Of a stretch of 62,847 nt of DNA, positions 29,698-37,237 are shown one piece after another. Source of the DNA: Candidatus Omnitrophota bacterium (GTDB lineage: Bacteria; Omnitrophota; Gorgyraeia; B26-G9); assembly GCA_043826565.1 (NCBI GenBank), contig JBDRPX010000022.1, positions 1 through 62,847 of the forward strand, given 5' to 3'. Position 1 is the stretch's first letter; each line of letters opens with the position of its first letter. The position numbers and the translations under genes were made by a program. A model generated the notes under the pieces. That model saw only the letters and a list, made by a program, of their open reading frames with translations, was not told where the DNA came from and did not search any database.

Positions 29698-30522
29698 ATG
29701 ACGATTACCAGAGCTAAGTTAATAATCCTCGCCGCATTATTAATCGTAATTTTTCTTCAGGTATTTCATTGGATGAATTTGCGGTTTTCCGAGCCCGATT
29801 CTTTTTACGCGCATGGTTTTCTTATACCCTTTGTTGTGGGGTATCTGGTATTTTCTAAGAAAGAGGAGATTAAATCCGTTAAGCCGCATTCGCAAAAAAA
29901 CGGATTATTCATATTAATCATTAGTTTATTAATACATGTATTTGCCGGATTTTTTGAAATTAATTTCTTAAGCGGGTTCGCGCTTATCGGCGTACTTTGC
30001 GGCCTGGTGATCTATAATTGCGGATTTGAGATTATCCGCTTAATATCTTTTCCTTTGTTTTTTATATCATTTATGGTGCCGATTCCTAAGGTTATGACTT
30101 TAGGAATTAGTTTTTATATGAAAATATTCGCCGCGAATGCGGCCACGGCTTTAATCGGGCTGGTTATTCCGCTTAAAAGTGCCGGAAGCATGGTTTATTT
30201 GCCGAATGGCGTATTGACTGTCGGCGCTCCCTGCAGCGGATTAAAATCATTGATCACTTTAACGGCATTGAGTTTATTGTTTGCTCATCTGACGGGGTTT
30301 TCTCTTAAAAAGAAGATATTATTTTTCATCGGCACTATACCGATCGCTCTAATAGCTAATATCATCAGAATTATGCTGTTAATTCTGGTATTTTATGTTT
30401 ACGGCTCGGAAGTGGCCATGGGAAAATTTCATGATATATCCGGATTTTTATTGTTTGTGATCGCGTTTGTGGGATTGGTTTTATTAAGGAAATTGTTTTT
30501 ACTATGGGAAGAAAAAAATTAG
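29698..30522 (+). CDS. exosortase (EpsH/Xrt family)
   Basis: Eight-TM-type protein with the conserved catalytic-region residues: Cys in GAPCSGLKSL, Arg in ANIIRIMLL, His in GKFHDISGF. Confidence 0.85.
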   Translation: MTITRAKLIILAALLIVIFLQVFHWMNLRFSEPDSFYAHGFLIPFVVGYLVFSKKEEIKSVKPHSQKNGLFILIISLLIHVFAGFFEINFLSGFALIGVLCGLVIYNCGFEIIRLISFPLFFISFMVPIPKVMTLGISFYMKIFAANAATALIGLVIPLKSAGSMVYLPNGVLTVGAPCSGLKSLITLTALSLLFAHLTGFSLKKKILFFIGTIPIALIANIIRIMLLILVFYVYGSEVAMGKFHDISGFLLFVIAFVGLVLLRKLFLLWEEKN

Positions 30523-31139
30523 ATAGTCTAACTATAAGCATTATAATATTAGCTGTTTTTGCTGTTGTGGTCAGCTTTCTGAACACCAGCCGGGCTAATG
30601 TCTCTGCGGAGGCGGAAAAACCCGCTTTACCGCTGCAGCTTAGCGACTGGAAATTGCTTAGAGATGTGGTTATCCCGGAGGATATTCTAGCTGTTCTCGG
30701 CACCAAAGCTGCTTCACTCGGTGAATATGCTAATGCTCTGGGTGAGAAAGTTAATCTTTATATTTTAAAAAGCTCAGGAAGGAGATCGACAATACATCCT
30801 CCGGAATATTGTTATTTAGGCTCCGGCAAGAATGAATTGCTTAAAAAGGGAAAATTTCCTATGAACATCGACGATAAACAGACAATTAAGGTTAATTATA
30901 TGTTTATCCAGATCGAGGGTGGATTTCAGACTGTAGTGTATTTTTATACCGCTAATGAGCTGATCACCAATAATTACTACAAACAACAGCTATTTTTCCT
31001 CCTAAAACGATTGAAAAGCGCAGAAGTGCAAGGGAGTTTAATAAGAATTTCAAAATTTTCCAAAAATAATGATTTTTTAGCAGAAATCAATTCTCTCCAA
31101 CCTATTGTAAAATCTATAGTTAACACACTTACCTACTAG
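30504..31139 (+). CDS. epsI: exosortase-associated EpsI family protein
   Basis: N-terminal TM and the conserved HPPEYCYLGSG motif. 19-nt overlap with the exosortase gene. Confidence 0.8.
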   Translation: MGRKKLDSLTISIIILAVFAVVVSFLNTSRANVSAEAEKPALPLQLSDWKLLRDVVIPEDILAVLGTKAASLGEYANALGEKVNLYILKSSGRRSTIHPPEYCYLGSGKNELLKKGKFPMNIDDKQTIKVNYMFIQIEGGFQTVVYFYTANELITNNYYKQQLFFLLKRLKSAEVQGSLIRISKFSKNNDFLAEINSLQPIVKSIVNTLTY

Positions 31140-31174
31140 CATTTAAAAAACTTTTATAAAATCTTGATTAATGC

Positions 31175-31203
31175 TTGACAATACCCATTTTGTGTGATAT
31201 ACT
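31175..31203 (+). promoter_or_regulatory. strong sigma70-type promoter TTGACA-17-TATACT
   Basis: -35 TTGACA at 31175-31180, 17-nt spacer, -10 TATACT at 31198-31203. About 60 nt upstream of the GH26-like PEP-CTERM gene. Confidence 0.65.
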
Positions 31204-31260
31204 TTCAATACCTTTTTTATTATGCAGCTAAAGCACTAATGTTAACAGCTACTTACGAAG

Positions 31261-32976
31261 GTGATGAAAATGAAGACAAAAACCAAAAGAAATTCACAGA
31301 TCGCTCTGATGGCAGTAGGAATACTGTTTATCAGCACTAATTTGTGGGCTGCCAGTTGTGAGATCGGGGCTTTCTTGGGTAATGGAAATCACACATCACC
31401 AACAAGTTATGAAGTTCAATCTTTTGAAGATCTCGTTGGCCAGCATTTAAGCACAGTTCAGGTTTTTTGGGCATGGAACGACGGAGCTTTCCCCGGAGCA
31501 GATTTGACCTCCGGTATTATTAATCATGATGGATACAATACTCAGACCAGTTTACAGCTTACCTGGGAGCCTTGGACAAGAAATCCCAGTGAAGATCCTT
31601 ATTCGCTCTCTAAAATTATAAATGGTGATTATGATTCCTACATCACTGAATTCGCTAATGATTGTTATGATTATGACGCGCCTATCCGTTTACGTTTTGC
31701 CCATGAAATGATCACCCCTGACGGTGTGGATACCTGGTATCCCTGGCAGAACAAGCCGGTTGAATATGTTCAGGCCTGGCAGCATATTTACAATATTTTT
31801 GAAAATGAATCCGCTAATCACGCGGTAGATAATGTTGATTTTGTTTGGGCGCCTTTAGGAGCGGTTGGCGACCTGCAGACTTTTCAGGCATATTATCCGG
31901 GACAGGATTATGTTGACTGGATCGGAATGGGCGGCCATAATGCCGGAGAGGACGGAGAACCGGGATTTCCTTACTGGCAGAATTTTGATGACTTATTCGC
32001 TAATTTATATAATAGTGTTATAGATCATCCGGAAGTTTTTGGTGATAAAGAAATGATGATCGCGGAATTTTCTTCCGCGGAAGATCTGACTGATCCGGCG
32101 CGTAAGGGTGAATGGGTCAGCAGAATGTTTATGGCTTTAAAAGACAGATATACAAAGATCAGTGCTATGTACTGGTTTAATGTAGATAAAGAATATGATT
32201 GGCGCGTGGATTCAAGTGAAGCGAGTTTGGCGGCTTTTCAGTACTGGCTGGCTGATGAATATTTTACATCGCATGTTGTTCCTGAACCGAGTAGTATGAT
32301 ATTATTCTTTACAGGTATTGCTTATATCGCAGCTAATTTTAAAAAAAATAATCTAAGAAAGGGGGGAAATACGTTGAATAAGAAGTTATTGGCATTATTA
32401 ATAGTTTTAATTATGGTAAGCACACTGGTGATTCCTGCGGCTGTTAAGGCGGTTGAAGAATTTACATCTTTCGGAGTTTATTTAGACCGCGGCAGCAGAT
32501 CAAACCATTATTGTCCGTCTGGATACATGGGCGATTATGGTGATCTGCAAGTTAACAGCGCGGCATCCAATGACCCATATTCCGGAAAGACTTGTCTTAA
32601 GTTTACTTACACAGCTGAAGGAAAACAGGGCGCGAATTGGGCCGGTATTTACTGGCAGTGGCCGCCGAACAACTGGGGAGAAAAGAGTGGAGGTTTTGAC
32701 CTCACGGGAGCGACAAAATTGACATTCTGGGCAAAAGGTGAAAAAGGCGGAGAACAGATCATTGAGTTTAAGATGGGCGGTTTGACCGGAACCTATTCTG
32801 ATACTGATTCTAATAGTATTGGACCTGTTGAATTAAGTACCGAATGGAAACAGTACACAATCGATTTGACTGATCTTGATATGTCCTACATCAGTGGCGG
32901 TTTCGCGTGGGTTACGAATTCTATGGCTAATCCAAATGGGTGTACATTCTATCTCGATGATATAAAGTATGAATAA
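31261..32976 (+). CDS. single uninterrupted ORF that looks like two genes: GH26-like glycoside hydrolase with PEP-CTERM signal, fused in frame to a signal-peptide CBM-like protein
   Basis: Likely start ATG 31270 after GAAGGTGA. Signal peptide. GH26-like catalytic Glu contexts RFAHEM and MIAEFSS. PEP-CTERM signal VPEPSSMILFFTGIAYIAANFKKNN at aa 339-364. Then AAGGGGGG RBS plus TTG 32374 and a second signal peptide LNKKLLALLIVLIMVSTLVIPAAVKA, followed by a beta-sandwich/CBM-like domain. Confidence 0.7.
   Translation: MMKMKTKTKRNSQIALMAVGILFISTNLWAASCEIGAFLGNGNHTSPTSYEVQSFEDLVGQHLSTVQVFWAWNDGAFPGADLTSGIINHDGYNTQTSLQLTWEPWTRNPSEDPYSLSKIINGDYDSYITEFANDCYDYDAPIRLRFAHEMITPDGVDTWYPWQNKPVEYVQAWQHIYNIFENESANHAVDNVDFVWAPLGAVGDLQTFQAYYPGQDYVDWIGMGGHNAGEDGEPGFPYWQNFDDLFANLYNSVIDHPEVFGDKEMMIAEFSSAEDLTDPARKGEWVSRMFMALKDRYTKISAMYWFNVDKEYDWRVDSSEASLAAFQYWLADEYFTSHVVPEPSSMILFFTGIAYIAANFKKNNLRKGGNTLNKKLLALLIVLIMVSTLVIPAAVKAVEEFTSFGVYLDRGSRSNHYCPSGYMGDYGDLQVNSAASNDPYSGKTCLKFTYTAEGKQGANWAGIYWQWPPNNWGEKSGGFDLTGATKLTFWAKGEKGGEQIIEFKMGGLTGTYSDTDSNSIGPVELSTEWKQYTIDLTDLDMSYISGGFAWVTNSMANPNGCTFYLDDIKYE
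32281..32352 (+). other. internal PEP-CTERM sorting signal (PEP, TM helix, basic cluster) ending in an A8 tract
   Basis: PEP codons at 32281-32289. Hydrophobic SSMILFFTGIAYIAA. KKNN is encoded by aaaaaaaataat at 32341-32352. Confidence 0.8.
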
Positions 32977-33056
32977 CTTTTAACCTAAGAAAAGGGGTGA
33001 TTGGGATGAAGACTTTATTATTAAATAAAATGAACGAAAAAACGAAAGGAGGTGAA

Positions 33057-33743
33057 ATGATGAAGAAATTAATCGCAATTATAGCTGTTATAACATTGTT
33101 AGGAATACCGTGTGTTGCTCAGGCAAACATGCTGACCAATGGTGGTTTTGAAACTACGTCAACAGCTAACACAGCAACCGGTAAGTTTCCTGGATGGACT
33201 ATTCTGTGGGGTGGAGCTGCTCCTTCTTACAATAACTGGCAGAGAACAGCTGCTGCTCCGTTTTCAACTGAAGGAAGCTGGTATGCTAAGTGTTGGTGGG
33301 ATGGCGGAATCAGCCAGGTTGTTAACGTAGTTGGCGGAACAACTTACTCATTGGTAACGGATGCGTTTTTGAATGGTAATGCTGGTACTCTGGGAACTTG
33401 GGAAATGTCCGCGAAAGTTAATTACTACAACGCTGCTGATGTATTGATCGAAGAGCAGACAGTATTATATCTCAATGATATTACCAAGAATGTTTGGCAG
33501 ATGAATCTGACAGGTTCTTCTTTAGCTCCGACACCGGCTGTTAAAGCAGAAATCATACTTTCCACATATTGGGAAGACCCAGGCATATTATCTACTGACC
33601 CGAGATTTGATGACTATGCGCCGGCTAATCCAACAGCATGGGATGACGTAAACTTTGATGTTATTCCTGAGCCGAGCAGTTTGTTACTGTTAGGAACTGG
33701 TATCATGGGCATGATCTCAGCAATGAGAAAGAAAAAAGCATAA
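33057..33743 (+). CDS. PEP-CTERM protein with CBM_4_9-like carbohydrate-binding domain
   Basis: AAAGGAGGTG RBS plus ATG 33057. Signal peptide MMKKLIAIIAVITLLGIPCVAQA. NMLTNGGFE opening typical of CBM4/9-like modules. C-terminal VIPEPSSLLLLGTGIMGMISAMRKKKA. Confidence 0.85.
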   Translation: MMKKLIAIIAVITLLGIPCVAQANMLTNGGFETTSTANTATGKFPGWTILWGGAAPSYNNWQRTAAAPFSTEGSWYAKCWWDGGISQVVNVVGGTTYSLVTDAFLNGNAGTLGTWEMSAKVNYYNAADVLIEEQTVLYLNDITKNVWQMNLTGSSLAPTPAVKAEIILSTYWEDPGILSTDPRFDDYAPANPTAWDDVNFDVIPEPSSLLLLGTGIMGMISAMRKKKA

Positions 33744-33775
33744 CATAATAGTATTATTTTATAGGTAAGACTAAC

Positions 33776-33806
33776 GGGGCAGGAGAAATCCTGCCCCGTT
33801 TTCTTT
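33776..33806 (+). terminator. rho-independent terminator
   Basis: GGGGCAGGA (33776-33784), loop GAAA, TCCTGCCCC (33789-33797), followed by GTTTTCTTT. Confidence 0.75.
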
Positions 33807-33830
33807 GGAGACAATATTGGTTTTTGACAT

Positions 33831-34009
33831 CTCAAAAACACGTCTTTGAGCTAAGTTCGCTGCGGCATCGTGCCTTGCAGACGCGCGTTCTCACTATTTT
33901 GACGTCCTTGTCAAAATTACCGCGCCTAGAAACTTTTACATCCTGTAAATCGGCCCGATTATTTCGTCCTGAAAATACGTTCGAAAGCGCCGCTCAAAGA
34001 GAATCTTTG
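33831..34009. ncRNA. candidate structured RNA: six consecutive hairpins (strand unresolved; minus-strand loops carry GGA motifs)
   Basis: Hairpins at 33831-33850, 33860-33880, 33897-33916, 33935-33949, 33960-33977 and 33995-34009. The region is noticeably more GC-rich than neighbouring spacers. The overlapping 67-aa ORF has no coding character. Confidence 0.35.
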
Positions 34010-34018
34010 TGCTGTCCT

Positions 34019-34046
34019 GAACGCTAGACGCTCTACGCTAAACGCT
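34019..34046 (+). repeat. 7-nt phased array GAACGCT AGACGCT CTACGCT AAACGCT
   Basis: Read directly. Four in-phase NNACGCT heptamers. Confidence 0.85.
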
Positions 34047-34055
34047 AATAAGGGG

Positions 34056-34084
34056 ATGAAAATAGCTGATTAGTGTGGTATAAT
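34056..34084 (+). promoter_or_regulatory. candidate extended -10 promoter (TGgTATAAT)
   Basis: TG at 34076-34077, TATAAT at 34079-34084, weak -35 ATGAAA at 34056-34061. Lies inside the track ORF N-terminal extension, which supports an ATG 34103 start. Confidence 0.5.
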
Positions 34085-34102
34085 TTTTCTAAGAGAAAAA
34101 AC

Positions 34103-36418
34103 ATGAAAAACAAAAGATCCGGAATAGCCTTAATCTTAGCTGTGGGAATACTCTGCATCCTGGCCATGGTGGCCGTGGGATTCTCCGTGGTTACCAAGGT
34201 CGAACTTAAATCATCGACTAATTTTGCCAGCCAGCTAAAAGCCCAATATATTGCTGAAGCCGGGATTGCTCGGGCTATTGAAGAGCTTAAATACGGAGCA
34301 GCCGGGGTTAAACAGCATCCTTATGATACGGAAATGGAAAACTGGTTTTATAAGGGGAATAATAATCCGGACCCGGTAGGTATTGATTTAAAAGATGCAA
34401 CACATCCTTCTTTTGATAATTTAAATGGTGCTTTGGGTGATAGTATTTCACAAAAAGATTTTCTCCCCACAAGTATTTTAAAGTTAAAAGTTTTAGACTG
34501 CGCCAGCCTGATAAATATAAATACTTCTTTAGCCAGTACCAGCGCGGAAACAGGCCTTAAAAATATGCTCATCGAACTGGGCTTAAATTCCACTCAGACT
34601 CAGGAGCTTATTGATTATCGCAATGCCGGCAATAAATTCAGTACTAAAGAAGAAGTAAAAAATGTTTTTTCTTCCGGCGCTGTGCCAGCGTATAACCGGA
34701 TAAAAGATTTTATTACTTTATATGGGGTTGAAGATACCGGAGCTGATCATACGGAAATGACTTTTGTAAATATAAATACCGCACCGAAAACTGTATTAAG
34801 GGCGGTGTTAAATCCGATCATGAGCTCTTCTGATCCTGAAACTTTAGCAAATGCGATCATTGCGCGAAGACAGGCTAATCCTTTTGACGGAGGCCCGGCG
34901 GGAAATGCCGCATATTCCTCAGCTTTAGGCGAGTATATAGATTTTTTAGAAAATCAGGGATTAATTGCCGCTGATCTAAAGGCTTTAAAAAACTATACTA
35001 ATCCGAATAGATTTGAAGCCGGTGTTTTGGTTACTCCGAGTACATATTTTTCTTTTGACGGGGGCGGAAATTATGAAATTGAAGCCTTGGCTTCTTACCG
35101 GGGCGCGAATAAGCGGGTTAAAACCGCAATAAAAATATTTAAGAAGATATATAAGACGACTACTGCTGAATTTGATGCGGGAGGTGAATTTGCTAGAGTA
35201 ACATCAAAAGATACCTGCCCGACAAAATATTCCAGTTTTAATCAGTTTAATTATGATCCTGCCACAGCCGATCCCATTAAAGGCGCTCTTAAACCCGGAT
35301 TTTGGGATGATTTTGAAGATACGGCTTATTCAACATCAGTCTGGAAAAAAGTTTCCGGGTTATTAGGATTTTTTCATGATGATATTAATAATATATATTA
35401 TTTGACTACCTTGGGAGCTCTTGATGCAAATCCTGTTATAACTATTGGGGATAAGGATGATTTAAATAAAAAATGGTTTTTTACAGATTTTTCGGGAGTA
35501 ATGAAAATTAAAGATGATGGAGGTTTGAGAGCCGGAGTGCCGCGTAATTGGAGAGAGCCTATAACTCCCGGCCCTCCCGGACCTGTTGAAAACAGTAATT
35601 ACTATGACTTTACTACTAATGAGGCGAATATACATCAAAAGTATATGTGTGCGGGGCATTTCATTTATAGGCGTCTTGGTGAAAGCGAAGGAACAGCGTT
35701 TATATCTAATATTCAGACCTCTACGGAATCAGGCTGGACGTCGTATCATAAACCACCACTACCAAGTCCACTTGCTATAGAATATTGGATGTATTACAAG
35801 CCGGATCTTTATAATTTAAGTAATAAATTTCTTTTGGATTCAGAGGCAGATGCGAGCCCTCCTGCTAGTGTTGATTGTACATATCAAGTCGATAAAACAA
35901 TTAGATTGACTTGCAAGGGATCTAATGTTGATGCAACTGCGTATTTAAACCCTTCAGATTCTTTATCAATAACTAAAAATTTTACTGGTCTGCCTGGAAA
36001 TGGACAAGTAGCTATATATGGTTCCGCAAATAGGCCGTGGGTAGAACATATTCGCATAATTCCTGTACAGGGTATATATACATCACCTACATATGATTTT
36101 TCCACTTTGGGTGCTATAGAATGGGGAACGATTTCCTGCGGTGTTGCTTTGCCTGACGGAGCTTCAGCTTTAAGTGAGCAGGTTGCAATTCAAACGAAAT
36201 CTGAAGCGTTTGCAGCTATTCCTCAACCAAATGACATTGCTATAGGAGGGTATTATAACCCGAGTGGAGGTATTATTGCAGGAACTAATTCAATAATTGC
36301 CTACAGGGTTTGGATGCTTTCCGGAGCAGGTACTAATTTTGAAAAGATTCCGGTTGTTGAGGATGTGACAATTACTTATATGCCAAAGACGGAAGTATTG
36401 TTTCAATCTTATAACTAG
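34103..36418 (+). CDS. GspK/PilX-like minor pseudopilin with a very large uncharacterised C-terminal region
   Basis: MKNKRSGIALILAVGILCILAMVAVGF pseudopilin-type N-terminus. AQYIAEAGIARAIEEL. HhH-like INTAPKTVLRAVL as in T2SS protein K. About 450 C-terminal residues with no recognisable family. Confidence 0.65.
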   Translation: MKNKRSGIALILAVGILCILAMVAVGFSVVTKVELKSSTNFASQLKAQYIAEAGIARAIEELKYGAAGVKQHPYDTEMENWFYKGNNNPDPVGIDLKDATHPSFDNLNGALGDSISQKDFLPTSILKLKVLDCASLININTSLASTSAETGLKNMLIELGLNSTQTQELIDYRNAGNKFSTKEEVKNVFSSGAVPAYNRIKDFITLYGVEDTGADHTEMTFVNINTAPKTVLRAVLNPIMSSSDPETLANAIIARRQANPFDGGPAGNAAYSSALGEYIDFLENQGLIAADLKALKNYTNPNRFEAGVLVTPSTYFSFDGGGNYEIEALASYRGANKRVKTAIKIFKKIYKTTTAEFDAGGEFARVTSKDTCPTKYSSFNQFNYDPATADPIKGALKPGFWDDFEDTAYSTSVWKKVSGLLGFFHDDINNIYYLTTLGALDANPVITIGDKDDLNKKWFFTDFSGVMKIKDDGGLRAGVPRNWREPITPGPPGPVENSNYYDFTTNEANIHQKYMCAGHFIYRRLGESEGTAFISNIQTSTESGWTSYHKPPLPSPLAIEYWMYYKPDLYNLSNKFLLDSEADASPPASVDCTYQVDKTIRLTCKGSNVDATAYLNPSDSLSITKNFTGLPGNGQVAIYGSANRPWVEHIRIIPVQGIYTSPTYDFSTLGAIEWGTISCGVALPDGASALSEQVAIQTKSEAFAAIPQPNDIAIGGYYNPSGGIIAGTNSIIAYRVWMLSGAGTNFEKIPVVEDVTITYMPKTEVLFQSYN

Positions 36419-36443
36419 AAATCTTATAAAAAACAAGATTTCT
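36417..36443 (+). other. perfect 9-bp inverted repeat AGAAATCTT / AAGATTTCT (AT-rich hairpin) overlapping the stop codon
   Basis: Stems at 36417-36425 and 36435-36443 with a 9-nt loop. No T-run follows, so terminator function is uncertain. Confidence 0.3.
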
Positions 36444-36444
36444 T

Positions 36445-36481
36445 GATTACAAAGATTAAACAGGAGATTACAGTGATTAAA
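36445..36481 (+). repeat. GATTACA-word element, left flank of the GxxExxY gene (W1 GATTACAAAGATTAAA, W2 GATTACAGTGATTAAA)
   Basis: W1 at 36445-36460 and W2 at 36466-36481. Perfect reverse complements occur at 36840-36855 and 36862-36875. Confidence 0.85.
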
Positions 36482-36844
36482 GAAAGTGATCCATTAACTG
36501 AAAGGATAATCGCCTGCGCTTATAAAGTACATAGTGAACTTGGCCCGGGGTTTAATGAGAAGATATATCATAATGCTTTAAAAATATCCTTAAAAGATCA
36601 GGGTTTGAATTATGAAACTGAGAAAAGTTTTAATGTTTCTTTTCAGGATGAAAAGATTGGTAACTTCAGGCTGGATTTAATCATAGAAGACAAGATTGTC
36701 ACTGAACTGAAAGCTCTAACCGGGAATATCCCGGCATTATGTGAATTGCAGGTTTTATCGTACTTGAAAGCATCAAAATATAAAGTCGGACTATTAATAA
36801 ACTTTGGTAATAAAAGCTGTCAAGTTAGAAGGTTAATGATTTAA
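36473..36844 (+). CDS. GxxExxY protein (PD-(D/E)XK nuclease-like small protein family)
   Basis: ELGPGFNEKIYHNAL (GxxExxY), LDLIIEDKIVTELKA, LLINFG. GGAG RBS 6 nt before GTG 36473 (the track ORF starts at TTG 36443). Confidence 0.85.
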   Translation: MIKESDPLTERIIACAYKVHSELGPGFNEKIYHNALKISLKDQGLNYETEKSFNVSFQDEKIGNFRLDLIIEDKIVTELKALTGNIPALCELQVLSYLKASKYKVGLLINFGNKSCQVRRLMI

Positions 36845-36875
36845 TCTTTGTAATCTATACATAATCACTGTAATC
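36840..36875 (-). repeat. GATTACA-word element, right flank of the GxxExxY gene (inverted)
   Basis: TTTAATCTTTGTAATC (36840-36855) is the reverse complement of W1. TAATCACTGTAATC (36862-36875) is the reverse complement of the W2 core. Confidence 0.85.
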
Positions 36876-36921
36876 AGGTATAATCTTAATTTTTTGTGAA
36901 GATTATACCGGGGAGAACAAT

Positions 36922-37233
36922 ATGAAAGAGAAGAGAAAATATAACCGTTTACAGCAAACAGTTCCCGTCAGGCATAGCCTGGAAAATGAGGAAAATATCC
37001 GGAATTCCCAGGCTAAGGATATTTCCACCGGCGGTATGCGCATTGCTTCAGATTTTGCTATGGATATCGGCAGCCGCCTAAACCTGGAAATGCATGTAAC
37101 GCCCACAGGCATGCCGTATTATGCGCGGGGAGAAGTTGTCTGGTGCCGGGAAAATGGAGATAATAAACAGAAATTCGATATTGGTGTAAAGTTTGTTAAA
37201 TTAATTCATAAAAAGGATGTAAAGGGATTTTGA
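36922..37233 (+). CDS. PilZ domain protein (c-di-GMP receptor-type)
   Basis: RKYNR (RxxxR) and DISTGG (DxSxxG) motifs. 103 aa, stand-alone. Confidence 0.8.
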   Translation: MKEKRKYNRLQQTVPVRHSLENEENIRNSQAKDISTGGMRIASDFAMDIGSRLNLEMHVTPTGMPYYARGEVVWCRENGDNKQKFDIGVKFVKLIHKKDVKGF

Positions 37234-37237
37234 TTCT

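Noticed and set aside
27650-31260. Sigma-54 (-24 GG / -12 GC) promoters upstream of the exosortase and PEP-CTERM operons, expected because PEP-CTERM loci are often under PrsR/sigma-54 control and rpoN lies in the window
   Set aside because: By-eye scanning of the spacers at 27650-27978, 31140-31260, 3253-3420, 34000-34100 and 41769-41959 found no TGGCAC-N5-TTGC-like site. The PEP-CTERM genes instead have a clear sigma70-type TTGACA-17-TATACT promoter. No NtrC-type activator gene is present in the window.
31261-32976. Treating the 571-aa ORF as an ordinary single-domain-architecture protein
   Set aside because: A complete PEP-CTERM signal followed by an RBS, a start codon and a second signal peptide is not a plausible mature architecture. 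It is reported as an apparent two-gene fusion across an A8 tract instead.
33824-34027. 67-aa + strand ORF in the spacer after the PEP-CTERM genes
   Set aside because: There is no RBS and the composition is odd (MTSQKHVFELSSLRHRALQ...). It overlaps a dense series of hairpins and a heptamer array. It is better explained as non-coding structured DNA/RNA.
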